Origin: an uncultured Acidobacteriota bacterium
GTDB lineage: Bacteria > Actinomycetota > Acidimicrobiia > Spongiisociales > ZC4RG35
Length of the DNA stretch: 64,000 nt
Direction: 5' to 3'
Assembly: GCA_963828465.1 (NCBI GenBank)
Contig: CAWHEU010000002.1
Coordinates: 1 to 64,000, forward strand
Positions 34,819 to 45,114 of this stretch are shown here, in pieces (position 1 is the first letter of the stretch; each line of letters opens with the position of its first letter). A program made the translations under genes and the position numbers. The notes under the pieces were generated by a model that did not search any database, was not told the origin of the DNA, and was given only the letters and a program-made list of their open reading frames with translations.

Positions 34819-35562
34819 ATGAGCGACGCAGGCCGCGTCCGTCTGGAGCCGGGCTCGAAGCAGGTCCGGGTGATGCTCGGCGGCGAGGTCATTGCAGACA
34901 CCACCGCCCCTCTCCTGGTCTGGGAGGTCCCCTACTTCCCGACCTACTACTTCCCGCCCGGTGATGTCCGGACCGAGTTCCTCAGCCCGACCGGTGAGGT
35001 CAAGCGGTCCCCGAGCCGGGGTGATGCCACCCAATACGCGGTGGAGGTAGGCGACTCCTCGGGGGCGGCCTACGCATTCCACGATTCGAAGATCCCCGAG
35101 TGTGTTGATCACTACGTGTTCGTCTGGCGGACCATGGATCAATGGTTCGAGGAAGACGAGGAGGTCTTCGTTCACGCCCGGGACCCGTACACGCGTCTCG
35201 ACATCTTGCCGTCGAGTCGCCGGGTGCGGGTGGAGATCGACGGTGTCACCGTGGCCGATAGCACCGATGGGCATTTCCTCTATGAGACCGGTCTACCGGC
35301 GCGTTACTACCTGCCCAAATCGGATGTGAGGATGGATCTGCTCACCCCGACCGACCGTGTCACGGCTTGTCCCTACAAGGGCACGGCGCGTTACTGGTCG
35401 GCCACGGTCAATGGAACGACGTACGAGGACATCGTGTGGGGATACGACGACCCGTTTCCGGAGTCGGAGCGGATCGGCGGCCTCGTGTCCTTCTACAACG
35501 AGAAGATCAACATCTACCTCGATGAGGTACTTCAGGAGAGACCCAGCACCAAGTTCTCTTGA
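34819..35562 (+). CDS. Tandem DUF427 protein
   Basis: HARDPY, ETGLPARYY, CPYKGTA. Confidence 0.85.
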   Translation: MSDAGRVRLEPGSKQVRVMLGGEVIADTTAPLLVWEVPYFPTYYFPPGDVRTEFLSPTGEVKRSPSRGDATQYAVEVGDSSGAAYAFHDSKIPECVDHYVFVWRTMDQWFEEDEEVFVHARDPYTRLDILPSSRRVRVEIDGVTVADSTDGHFLYETGLPARYYLPKSDVRMDLLTPTDRVTACPYKGTARYWSATVNGTTYEDIVWGYDDPFPESERIGGLVSFYNEKINIYLDEVLQERPSTKFS

Positions 35563-35637
35563 GAGAAATCGACTTGCAGCGGTCGTAGTATCTCTGCTAT
35601 GTTCCGTAACTCAGTCAGTACGGAAGGTCGCACGACC

Positions 35638-36568
35638 ATGACAGATCGTATCGGCAACACTGTGGTCGAAGTCCACGACCTGCGTATGCGTTATGGGTCC
35701 AACGACGTTCTCGACGGGGTCGGATTCGACATCAAGCGCGGTGAGGTCGGTGACCCTGCTCGGGCCCAACGGCGCCGGCAAGACCACGACCATCGAGATC
35801 CTGGAAGGCTTCAGACTCCGCTCCGACGGAGAGGTATCGGTCCTCGGGGTCGACCCCGCTCAGGCCGACGAAGACTGGAGGGCGCGGGTCGGAGTAGTGC
35901 TCCAGTCCTGGCGCGACCACCCCCGATGGACACCCCGGCTGCTGCTCCACTATCTGGGGCGTTATTACGAGCCCTACTCGACTCCCGAGCGAGAGCGTCC
36001 CTACGACGTCGACCAACTGATCAAGCTGGTCGGGATCGAGGAGCACGCCGACCAGAAGATCCGCACCCTCTCCGGTGGCGAGCGGCGTCGCCTCGACGTC
36101 GCGGTAGGGATCATCGGACGCCCCGAGCTTCTCTTCCTCGACGAGCCGACCGCAGGTTTCGACCCCCAGGCGCGGCGTGACTTCCACGACCTGATCCATC
36201 GCCTCACCGATCTCGAGGACACCACGGTCCTCCTCACCACCCATGACCTCGACGAGGCGGAGAAACTGGCCGACCGCATCCTGATCCTGGCCGCGGGTCG
36301 GATCGTGGCCGACGGGAGTGCCGACCAGCTGGCTCGGATGATGAACCGCGAGGCTCAGGTGCGTTGGACCCGTGATGGGGAGCAGTTCGTTCATGCCACC
36401 CCGGAGCCGACTGCTTTTGTCCGAGAACTGTTGGGCCAATACGAGGACATCTCCGACCTCGAGGTTCGCCGGGCCACGTTGGAGGACACCTACATCACCA
36501 TGGTTCAGCAGTACGAGTCGGGTGAGGTCGCGCCGGGAGCGACTGCCTTCGAGGAGGTCGGCCGATGA
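35638..36568 (+). CDS. ABC exporter ATP-binding subunit (frameshift near 35750)
   Basis: GPNGAGKTT, LSGGE, LDEPT. Confidence 0.9.
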
Positions 36569-37419
36569 ATCCCACCACCAATGCGATCAGGTCAGGTTTC
36601 GCCCGCGGGTGGACGGAGTTCAAGTTGAGTCTGCAGAGCCCGCAAGACCAAGGCTTCTACGTGTTCATGTCCGTATTGGTCCTCGCCTACCTCTGGTTCA
36701 ATCGCAACACCGAGATCGAGGGGACCAACCTGTCGTATCCGACGGTGGTGCTGCCCAGCATGCTGGGGGCTCTCTTGGTCTTCAGCCTGATAATCGGCCC
36801 CGCCTATGCCCTGGCGATGGAGCGCGAGGACGGGACACTGCTCCGGGCCAAGGCCGTCCCCCACGGTGTCGTCGGCCACGTCACCGGGCACGTGGTCCTA
36901 AACGTCCTGAGCATCCTCCCCTCCTTTCTGATCATCCTGATACCCGCCGCGTTGCTCTTCGACGGGGTGATGCAGAACGGAGCCAAGGGATGGGCAACGG
37001 TGGCATGGGTCACCCTCCTCGGGCTTTGGGCAACGCTTCCTATCGGCATCATCATCGGGTCCCTCGCTCCCAGTGTCCAGAAGGTGGGCACGTGGGGCAT
37101 GTTCCCGGTGCTGGTCCTCGTCGGCATCTCCGGGATCTTCTTCCCGATCCAGGACTTGTGGGGTTGGGTTCAGACCGTGTCGCAGATCTTCCCGATGTAC
37201 TGGGTCGGGCTGGGGATGAGGTCGGCGTTCCTGCCCGAGGCCGCGGCGGCCCTCGAGATCGGGGGCTCGTGGCGAACCTTGGAAACGGTGCTCGTGCTCT
37301 CGACCTGGGCGGTGGTTGGCAGTCTCATCGCTCCCGTGGTGGTGCGCAGGATGGCCCGTCGTCAGTCGGGCTCCCAGGTGGAGGCAGCCAAGGAGCAGGC
37401 CGTTCAGTGGGTCAGATGA
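36565..37419 (+). CDS. ABC-2 permease
   Basis: Six TM helices, EREDGTL. Confidence 0.85.
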   Translation: MNPTTNAIRSGFARGWTEFKLSLQSPQDQGFYVFMSVLVLAYLWFNRNTEIEGTNLSYPTVVLPSMLGALLVFSLIIGPAYALAMEREDGTLLRAKAVPHGVVGHVTGHVVLNVLSILPSFLIILIPAALLFDGVMQNGAKGWATVAWVTLLGLWATLPIGIIIGSLAPSVQKVGTWGMFPVLVLVGISGIFFPIQDLWGWVQTVSQIFPMYWVGLGMRSAFLPEAAAALEIGGSWRTLETVLVLSTWAVVGSLIAPVVVRRMARRQSGSQVEAAKEQAVQWVR

Positions 37420-37655
37420 CCGACACGGTGCACAACCGGATCGCCATGCTTCGGGCCGAGCGCGGAGTATCCCGCCGCGAGCTCAGCGAAGCGCTGGGGG
37501 TCCACTATCAGACGATCGGATACCTGGAACGGGGGGAATACAGCCCGAGCCTGTTCCTTGCGCTCAGAATCTCCGAGTATTTCGAGGTGCCAATCGAAGT
37601 GGTCTTCTCCACCGAGCCCTTCGCCCGGATCGGGAGCGAGACCGCCACCGGCTGA
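37416..37655 (+). CDS. XRE-family HTH regulator
   Basis: HNRIAMLRAERG..HYQTIGYLERGEYSPSL. Confidence 0.88.
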   Translation: MTDTVHNRIAMLRAERGVSRRELSEALGVHYQTIGYLERGEYSPSLFLALRISEYFEVPIEVVFSTEPFARIGSETATG

Positions 37656-37665
37656 GGCTCTCGAT

Positions 37666-38013
37666 TCAGCTGCTCGGCTCGAGCTCTGTGAAGAGACGGA
37701 TGAGGTTTCCACCGGGGTCGGCGACAGCTGCAAAACGTATCGGGTCGAGGTCCTGCGGAGGCGTGATCCTTGTCACCGACTCCGGGAGGGATTGCCAGAA
37801 CTCGTCGACATCGTCGACCTCGAAGAAGCCGCTGGGCCCAGCGTCGGCGTCGGGCGTCACGTCCAGCATCAACAGCACTTCTGAGCCCGGGATTTGCATC
37901 GCGGCCGTGTCGTCGCCCATCCGCCACGCCTCATCCCAGCCGACAACGTCCCGATAGAACGCGACCGCTTGCTTCAAGTCCGACACCGGGTGATAGAGGT
38001 ATGTGAGTTTCAT
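37666..38013 (-). CDS. VOC/glyoxalase-family protein
   Basis: VSDLKQAVAFY, FEVDDVD, DPGGN. Confidence 0.85.
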   Translation of the reverse strand: MKLTYLYHPVSDLKQAVAFYRDVVGWDEAWRMGDDTAAMQIPGSEVLLMLDVTPDADAGPSGFFEVDDVDEFWQSLPESVTRITPPQDLDPIRFAAVADPGGNLIRLFTELEPSS

Positions 38014-38021
38014 CGGGCGAG

Positions 38022-38048
38022 CATAAATCAGTTATGTCCAGCCGTCAA
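38022..38048. promoter_or_regulatory. Candidate TetR operator overlapping the VOC gene promoter
   Basis: Palindrome CATAA-N5-TTATG (38022-38036) within TTGACG-N17-TATGCT on the minus strand. Confidence 0.55.
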
Positions 38049-38065
38049 CCGATTATGGTGATGGC

Positions 38066-38578
38066 ATGCCTTACCCCGTGCCCGTCCCTGGCTCTGCCCC
38101 GGCCCGGCTCATCGAGGCGGCCTTGCGACGTTTCGAATCCGAAGGCAGGGATGCGGTGAATGTCATCGACGTGGCACGAGATGCGGGAGTCACAACCGGA
38201 TCGCTGTATCACCATTTCGGGTCGAAGGAAGGTCTCTACGTGGTGATACGCGAGGAGATGGAACGACGCATGACGGAGCGCATGGAGGGGGCCGCGGCAG
38301 CTGTGGGATCCACAGGTAGGGGAGCGGTGGCCTCATCACTGTTGGTGGCCTTCGATGCAGCGCTTCGATTCGGAGTGGTCCGGATCCTCTCCGAGCCCGC
38401 ACTCGACCCGGATGCCGACGCCATCTCACTGGCCATCGTCCCCTTGCTGCCACCCGCGGGTGCAGGCGCTGCCCCGGCACTGGCAGGAGCATGGCGGGGA
38501 GCGCTAGGTGCGGTGGCCGAGGGTTCGACGACCGGATCAGCCAGGGACGGGTTGCGTTGGGTCCTGGGCGAGGCTTAG
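38066..38578 (+). CDS. TetR-family regulator
   Basis: VARDAGVTTGSLYHHFGSKEGL. Confidence 0.9.
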   Translation: MPYPVPVPGSAPARLIEAALRRFESEGRDAVNVIDVARDAGVTTGSLYHHFGSKEGLYVVIREEMERRMTERMEGAAAAVGSTGRGAVASSLLVAFDAALRFGVVRILSEPALDPDADAISLAIVPLLPPAGAGAAPALAGAWRGALGAVAEGSTTGSARDGLRWVLGEA

Positions 38579-39635
38579 TCGGGCAGGATCAGGTGGCTGT
38601 CGCCGAATTCGTGCCAGAGGTACCCGTGCTCGAGGGCACTTCGATAGCTGTCGGCGAGGAGGCTCCGTCCGGCTACGGCCTCCAGCAGGTCGAGATGCGT
38701 CGACTCCGGCTCGTGCCATCCGGTGATGAGCCCGTCCACGACGCCGAGCTGTGGTCGGACCCGGATGACGAGATCGGTCCACGTCTGCCCGGGGTGCGAG
38801 ATGCCTCTCGAGTCCACAGTCGTCTCCAAGGCGCGAACCACGGTGGTGCCCACAGCGACCACCCGACCATTGTTTGCCCGGGTGTGATTGACCATCGCCG
38901 CCGTCGGTTCCGGGAATCGCGAACCATTCCGGATACGGCAGCTCACCCGCTTCGAGTGAGGAGACACCGGTGTGCAGGGTCACCGGGGCGACGGCGAGCC
39001 CGCCGTTGCCGCCAGCGCCGTCAGGAGGCGGTCGGTGAAGGGCCTTCCGGCACTGGGCATCTCGGCGGAGCCCGGGAACCCGGGAGAAGATCGTCTGGTA
39101 TGCATCCAGCGGATAGGGCCCATCGGTGTGCCGATAGCGAATGGGCCGACCCCAGGTCTCCAGATAATCGACAGGGGACGTCCGAGATCGGCGGTGGCTA
39201 CCCAGAGCCGGCGGCCCGGCGCATCCTCCGGGTAGGGGGTGAGCAGCTCGATCATCCCGCCTCCGGGGAGTGTCAGCATCCCGGCACGGGGGTCCTCGTG
39301 GGGGAGCGAGTTTGCCCCAGACAGGCTTCGCAACTCGACCACATGGAGACCTCCGGGGAGCACCGTCGAGAAGTGCACGACGAGATCGGCGTCGATGACT
39401 ACCGACGCCGGCAATGTGGCCGAGTTGTTGACCACGACCAGATCACCCGATCTCAGCTCGAGTGGCAAGATCGTGAAATGCACGATGCCGGATGCCGTCT
39501 GTGTCGGTCACCATGAGGCGGACCTGGTCACGATCGAATACCGCGGGTCTCGGGGGGTCTCGTTGCTTCCAATTCGGGTGGAACGGCGAATCCATCCAGG
39601 ATGTCCGCCGGTCGCAGGGCCGCCGGTGCCGTCAT
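38575..39635 (-). CDS. QueA-family paralogue (actinobacterial type); multiple frameshifts
   Basis: GDLVVVNNSATL, GSAEMPSAGRPFT, LHTGVSS, VAVGTTVVRALE, GWHEP, FGDSHLI. Confidence 0.8.
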
Positions 39636-40340
39636 CGTGCGGTCCTCTCGACCAGAAGGTCGCTTGCCTGGTATCGACCGCTGGGATGCCGCTCATCCAG
39701 GAGTTGGAGCAGCGCCGGGACCCTTGTCTCGGGTAGCGGCCGGTCCGAGATGTCCTCATCCGGGAAGGCCTCCTGGTGCATCCTCGTGTTCATGTCGCCG
39801 GGGTCGAGCCAGTAAATGGTGATGGCCGGTTCTTCGGCGGCGAGGACTTTGGAGAGTTGTTCCAGACCGGCCTTCGAGGCGCCGTACCCGCCCCATCCTT
39901 CGTAGCCCTCGATAGCGGCGTCGGATGTGACATTCACCACTGTCCCGCCGACTTCGCGAAGGTGTGGCAAGGAGAGCTGGATGAGCTGGAGGGGCGCCAG
40001 GAGATTGGTGGCGAAGACCTGCTCCAGGGTGTCGATGGGGTAGTCGGCCAGGTGCGGCTGCGGGCTGGGCCCGAGCATGCTGGCATTGTTGACCAGCAGC
40101 GAGAAGCTGCCGTCTTCGATCGCAGCAGCGACCAGACGAGCAGCGTGCTCTGGGTCGGTGACATCGCCGGTGATGGCGACGACCTTGCCTGATCCGGCAT
40201 CATCGATGGCGACCGAAGCCCGTTCGAGGTCAGATCCGTCCCGGGCGTCGATCACCAGGTTCCAGCCGGCAGCGTGCGAGCTCGATGGCCAGCGCGAGCC
40301 CAAACCCACGCGATGCGCCGGTGACGATGGCCGTGCTCAT
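39632..40340 (-). CDS. SDR oxidoreductase (frameshift near 40290)
   Basis: TGASRG, NNAS, YGASK. Confidence 0.88.
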
Positions 40341-40346
40341 GTCCCA

Positions 40347-40413
40347 AAGTTACGAGTTGCCCCGCACCCGGGCATCGGTCCCCGGCCCGATTCGCCCTAC
40401 GACTCGGGACCGA
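40347..40413 (-). promoter_or_regulatory. Leaderless promoter with candidate NarL/DosR-type boxes
   Basis: -10 TAACTT 6 nt before ATG; inverted TCGGTCCC (40375-40382) / GGGACCGA (40406-40413) within two 16-bp quasi-palindromes. Confidence 0.5.
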
Positions 40414-40419
40414 GAGCCC

Positions 40420-41064
40420 TCAGCTGTCGACCAACCCGCTCTTCACCGCGAAAAGGGCCGCCTGGGTGCGGTCGTCGAGACCGAGCTTGCGCAGGACGGC
40501 GGACACGTGGGTCTTGACCGTCTTCTCGGACACGAACAGCTCCTCGGCGAGCCGGGCATTGGACCACCCATGGCCGAGACCTGCCAGCACCTCCCGCTCC
40601 CGAGCGGTGAGATCGGATAGAGCTTCGTGGGGATCGCCTCCCGACACGAAGGCGGACAATGCCGCCGCCGCTTCCTGGGCGTACACGGTGCGGCCACTCG
40701 CCAACTCCCTGATTGCGTCGGCGAGCTGGTCGGGGTCGGTGTCCTTGAGCAGGTAGCCGTCGGCACCGGCCCGAATCGCCGGCACCACTTCGCGCCGGTC
40801 GGCGAAACCGGTCAGCACCAGGACCTTCACGTCCGGATTCCACTTTCTCATCTCCGGGATCAGCTCTGAACCTGAAGCATCGGGCAGGTGGAGATCGAGA
40901 AGGACCAGATCAGGCTCACCGGTCGCCAGCTCACGCATCGCCTCCTTGCCATCGGCGGCCTCGCCTACGACCTCCATACCCGGCTGGGTCTCGAGAAAGG
41001 CGCGGAGACCCTTGCGAACGACTGGGTGGTCGTCGACGATCATGACTCTGACCGTCTGGCTCAA
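40420..41064 (-). CDS. NarL/LuxR-family response regulator
   Basis: VDDH, LLDL, LTAREREVL, KTVKTHVS. Confidence 0.93.
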   Translation of the reverse strand: MSQTVRVMIVDDHPVVRKGLRAFLETQPGMEVVGEAADGKEAMRELATGEPDLVLLDLHLPDASGSELIPEMRKWNPDVKVLVLTGFADRREVVPAIRAGADGYLLKDTDPDQLADAIRELASGRTVYAQEAAAALSAFVSGGDPHEALSDLTAREREVLAGLGHGWSNARLAEELFVSEKTVKTHVSAVLRKLGLDDRTQAALFAVKSGLVDS

Positions 41065-42191
41065 CTCGGTACCTCCAGACGAACGGTGGCTCCCTCGTCG
41101 GGCGACGAGTCGATCGTCAGGCGGCCCCCGATGACCGAAGCGCGTTCCCGCATCGACGTGAGCCCCAATCGCCGCCCGCGGTTCATGCGGGTATCGGGCT
41201 CGAAACCCTGGCCGTCGTCACTGATTGTCACCGCGAGCCCGTTGCCGTTGGCGACCGTCACCGTGACCTTCGCCGCCCGGGAGTGCCGCACGGCGTTGGT
41301 CAGTGCCTCCTGGACGATTCGGAACACCTCATGCTCGGCCCTGCCCTCCAATCCTGGCTCACCATCGGCCACGACTTCGATCTCGATGTGATGTACCCGG
41401 CTCAGCAGATCCGCGAGGCTTCGTATCGCAGGGAGAAGGCCATCCCGGTCGACATCGGGAGTTCTCAGCCCTTCCACAACCGCCCGAAGCTCGGCCATCG
41501 CCTGCCTCGTGAGCGACGCGATCTCGTTCAGCTCCTGTGCCGCACGGTTGGGATCGGTGGCCAGGTGCCTCGAGGCGGCTTTGGCGGTGAGCGTCAGGCT
41601 GAACAGAGACTGGTTCAGAGCGTCGTGCAGCTCGCGAGCCAGCCGTTCACGCTCTTCTGACATGGCAAGTGTTCGCGAGTCCTCGAACATCCCGGCAGCC
41701 TCGATAGCGGCTGCGGCGTGAGACGCGAGAAGGGTGATACCGGTCTGGTCCTCATTGGTGAACTCGGCCGCTCCGATCTTGTCGGTCAGGTAGAAGGCCC
41801 CGATCACCTCATCCCCGCTCACGATCGGAACGCCGAGGAATGAGCTCATCAGGGGATGGGCACGCGGCCACCACCCGCGGAAGCGACTGTCTTTCTTGAT
41901 GTCGGGGAGACGAAGCGGCTCCGGGTCGTGAAGCATCGCATCGAGCATTCCGTGGGTTCGTGGCAGCGGACCCATCTCGGCGACCAGCTCGTCGCTCATA
42001 CCGACGTGGATGAAGGCGGAGAAGGCGTCTCCCTCCGGTTCGGGGATCCCGATTGCCGCGAAGGAGGCGCCCGAGATCTGTTTGGCGGTCTCCGCCAGCT
42101 TGGTGAGGACGTCCTTGAGGGATCTGCCCGGAGCTACCGCCTCTGTGATGGCAGCCAGGATCACCTCGGCGGTGCTCTGCGACGTCGTCAC
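41061..42191 (-). CDS. Cytoplasmic GAF sensor histidine kinase (HisKA_3), DosS-like GAF
   Basis: PLRLPD..HPLMSSFLGVPI; ARELHD, QEALTN, DDGQGF, LGL. Confidence 0.9.
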   Translation of the reverse strand: MTTSQSTAEVILAAITEAVAPGRSLKDVLTKLAETAKQISGASFAAIGIPEPEGDAFSAFIHVGMSDELVAEMGPLPRTHGMLDAMLHDPEPLRLPDIKKDSRFRGWWPRAHPLMSSFLGVPIVSGDEVIGAFYLTDKIGAAEFTNEDQTGITLLASHAAAAIEAAGMFEDSRTLAMSEERERLARELHDALNQSLFSLTLTAKAASRHLATDPNRAAQELNEIASLTRQAMAELRAVVEGLRTPDVDRDGLLPAIRSLADLLSRVHHIEIEVVADGEPGLEGRAEHEVFRIVQEALTNAVRHSRAAKVTVTVANGNGLAVTISDDGQGFEPDTRMNRGRRLGLTSMRERASVIGGRLTIDSSPDEGATVRLEVPS

Positions 42192-42635
42192 CCGGCGCCC
42201 TTTTCGCCGTGGAGTCGCTCTGCCTCCTCGAGCGAATGCGATTCGGTGAGGTCCCGATCTCGGCGCGAGATCCACGAGTTGTCGGTAGTAACCATGGAGG
42301 ACATCGAGGTCGTCCTCGCTGAGCGCTTCCACGTCGATCAGCCGGTTGCTCGCCCCCTTGGTCGCCGCCACAAGCTCATTGAGCTTGAGCTCCATCGCCT
42401 TGCCGTCCTTGTTCTGAGTCTGCTGGATGAGGAACACCATCAGGAAGGTCACGATGGTGGTTCCGGTGTTGATGACGAGTTGCCAGGTGTCCCCGAATCC
42501 GAATAGTGGCCCGCTGACCGCCCAGACGATTATCACCAGCAGCGCGATGAAAAATGCCCAGGGTCTCCCTACCGCATGCGTGACACGTTGAGAGAACCTC
42601 TCGAACTTCTCCGTGAACCCGCCGTCATCCGCCAT
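42188..42635 (-). CDS. Low-affinity iron permease-family (Fet4-like) small membrane protein; frameshift near 42265
   Basis: WQLVINTGTTIVTFLMVFLIQ..KLNEL. Confidence 0.8.
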
Positions 42636-42673
42636 GTCGCCTCCTGTCTCGATCCAGTCGATTCAAACCCAGA

Positions 42674-42704
42674 GTCAACACCCGGTCGGTGACCGGGTGT
42701 TGAC
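42674..42704. terminator. 14-bp stem hairpin after the DrrB-like gene
   Basis: GTCAACACCCGGTC-GGT-GACCGGGTGTTGAC. Confidence 0.7.
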
Positions 42705-42732
42705 CCATGGAGGGACCTGGCCTGTGAGAGCT

Positions 42733-43548
42733 TCAGCGGCGAGCGGCCCGCCTGTACTGCCTGATCGAGATCGGGACGAAGATGGCCATGATGATCACGA
42801 TCCAGATCAGGGTGTAGATGATCGGGTTTTGCAATGGCCAGGCGGTCGGCTCGGGAGCCCCGGCCGGAATGTTGCCGAACAGTTCACGCACCGCCTGGGT
42901 CAACGACGACACCGGGTTCCATTCGGCGAAGGTCTGCAGGGGTGCAGGCAAGCTCTCGAGCGGGACGAAGGCGTTGGACACGAACGTGATGGGGAAGATC
43001 ACCATGAATGAGGCGTTGTTGATCACCTCCACGCTCGGCACCAGCAGCCCGACATATGCCATCACCCAGGAGAAGGCGTAGGCGAACAGGAGAAGGAGGC
43101 CGAACCCCGCCGCCGCCTCGAGGAACGATGTCCGGATTCCCCACCCGACCAGGAGGCCGGTGAGGGCCATGATCGCGACGGAGAGGGCGTTGTAGACGAC
43201 ATCGCTCGATGTCCGACCGACGAGGACCGCCGATCTCGCCATCGGCAGCGAGCGGAACCGGTCGATGATGCCCTTCTGCATGTCGTCGGCCAGCCCGGCG
43301 CCAGTGAAAGTCGCCCCGAATATCACGGTCTGAGCCAGGATGCCGGCTATCAGGAACTCGCGGTAGACCTCCGCCGCCGCCCCGCTGGCCACCTCGATGG
43401 CGCCACCGAACACGAAGGCGAAGAGCAACACGAACATGATCGGTGAGAGCAGGACGAACACCAGGATCTCGGGGACTCGCTTGATCTTGATCACATTTCG
43501 CTTGGCGACGACGGCGCCGTCACCCAGTGCAGTCATCAGCTGGCTCAT
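42733..43548 (-). CDS. DrrB-like ABC-2 permease
   Basis: DMQKGIIDRFRSLPM, WNPVS. Confidence 0.88.
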   Translation of the reverse strand: MSQLMTALGDGAVVAKRNVIKIKRVPEILVFVLLSPIMFVLLFAFVFGGAIEVASGAAAEVYREFLIAGILAQTVIFGATFTGAGLADDMQKGIIDRFRSLPMARSAVLVGRTSSDVVYNALSVAIMALTGLLVGWGIRTSFLEAAAGFGLLLLFAYAFSWVMAYVGLLVPSVEVINNASFMVIFPITFVSNAFVPLESLPAPLQTFAEWNPVSSLTQAVRELFGNIPAGAPEPTAWPLQNPIIYTLIWIVIIMAIFVPISIRQYRRAARR

Positions 43549-44556
43549 CGGCTGACCTCCTCGAGCTCTTCTTCCTTGGGTTTCTTCGATCTGCCGCCGT
43601 TGGACTCGAGCTCTTCCTCGGCGACGTGACCTGTCAATGTCAGGAACACATCGTCGAGTGTCGGGCGGCGCAGACCCACATCCTGGACGACGATCCCGCG
43701 CGCGATCGAGCTCGCGCAGCGCCTGGGTGAGGACCGGCGCCCCGCCGGCTATGGGCGCGGTCAGCCCTCGACTGTGATGATCGATCCGGATCTCACCGAC
43801 GGCGAAAGCGGCCAGGACTTCCTGAGCCGCTGTCACGTGGACCAGATCAGCCACGGTGACCTCGATCCGCTCGCCTCCGACCTGAGTCTTGAGCTGGTCA
43901 GCGGTGCCGTGGGCGATCTCATGTCCGTGATCGATGACCACGATGTCATCGGCCAGCTGATCGGCTTCTTCCAGGTACTGCGTGGTCAAGAGAAGTGTCG
44001 CCCCCTCCCTGACCAGGTCCCGGATCGTGTCCCACAGGTCGACCCGGCTCCTCGGGTCGAGACCCGACGAGGGCTCGTCGAGGAACAGCACCGGTGGCTT
44101 GGCGACCAACGCGCCGGCCAGGTCGAGTCGGCGGCGCATCCCGCCGGAGTAGGTCTTTACCGGCCGGTCGCCGGCTTCGGTGAGGTCGAATATCTCGAGC
44201 AGCTCCCGGGCGCGCTCGCGCGACTTGGCCTTCCCGAGGTGATAGAGACGGCCGATCATGTCCAGGTTCTCGAACCCGGTGAGGTGCTCGTCGACGGCGG
44301 CGTACTGGCCGGAGAGGCCGATCAGCCGGCGTACCGCTTTGGGGTCCTTCCTCACGTCGGCCCCGGCGACCATCGCCTGACCCTCGTCTGGCTCGAGCAG
44401 GGTGGACAGGATCGACACTGCGGTCGTCTTGCCGGCGCCGTTGGGCCCGAGCAGGCCAAGCACGACGCCCTCGGGGACGACGAGGTCGAGACCGGCCAGC
44501 GCGGTGACTTCCTTGTACCGCTTGACCAGACCCGATGCCTCGATCATGTTGGTCAT
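43545..44556 (-). CDS. DrrA-like ABC ATP-binding protein (frameshift near 43700)
   Basis: GPNGAGKTT, YSGGMRRRLDLA, TTQYLEEAD. Confidence 0.9.
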
Positions 44557-44596
44557 GGGTTTCTCCTCTTCCTGTATCGAGATCTTCAGACAATCA

Positions 44597-44623
44597 GACC
44601 GGCGTCACCACCGAAACTCATCG
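44597..44623 (-). promoter_or_regulatory. SigG-type ECF promoter
   Basis: CGATGA-N18-GTC upstream of drrA-like gene. Confidence 0.6.
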
Positions 44624-44846
44624 GTCCGGAGGACGAATCCCGATCGGCCCTGAGGACGATTGGAACCCCGTCTCGTTGGGGGTGGACCTTCTCGACTCTA
44701 AGCAGTAATGCGGACAGGAACGGTCCGCAATGACCATAACTGCTCGAGCACGATAGGTAGCAACCGAATTCGGCGCCGGGGTATTTCCCGGTGCTGTTGA
44801 ACCTTTGGTGAACGTCTCGTTTCGGTCAGATGGACGGGTGTAGCCG

Positions 44847-45030
44847 CTAGCCCGAGCGGGCGAGGTCCTTTCGATCGATTGGGTGGCGGGAGAAGAAGGC
44901 AGCCAGACCCTGCGCAACAGCCTGCGGGTTCTGCACCAACATCAGATGCCCTGCTTCGGGTATGGACAAGCGCTCGGCTTGGGGAAACCTGATGAGAATG
45001 GAACTGCTCGGGGACGTCCCGAAGGAATAG
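44847..45030 (-). pseudogene. C-terminal remnant of an alpha/beta hydrolase
   Basis: FPQAERLSIPEAGHLMLVQNPQAVAQGLAAFF (catalytic His region); no N-terminal part before the DUF222 element. Confidence 0.55.
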
Positions 45031-45077
45031 AGAGGGCCTTGAAAAACCTCGGAATCGGGCGACAAGGGTATGGAATC

Positions 45078-45114
45078 TGTCTGGGGTAGGTTGTAATCTC
45101 GAACATATGTTCGA
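45078..45114 (+). promoter_or_regulatory. RecA-NDp (PafBC-type) promoter plus perfect LexA box
   Basis: TGTCTG-N10-TAATCT (45078-45099) followed by TCGAACATATGTTCGA (45099-45114) containing the ATG. Confidence 0.8.

Noticed and set aside
41061-42635. Iron-permease/histidine-kinase fusion
   Set aside because: Low-complexity off-frame linker and a GTGA stop/start overlap at 42188-42191 indicate two genes plus a frameshift
42733-44556. DrrA-DrrB single-chain fusion
   Set aside because: Off-frame Arg-rich linker; GGAGG RBS and ATGA overlap at 43545-43548
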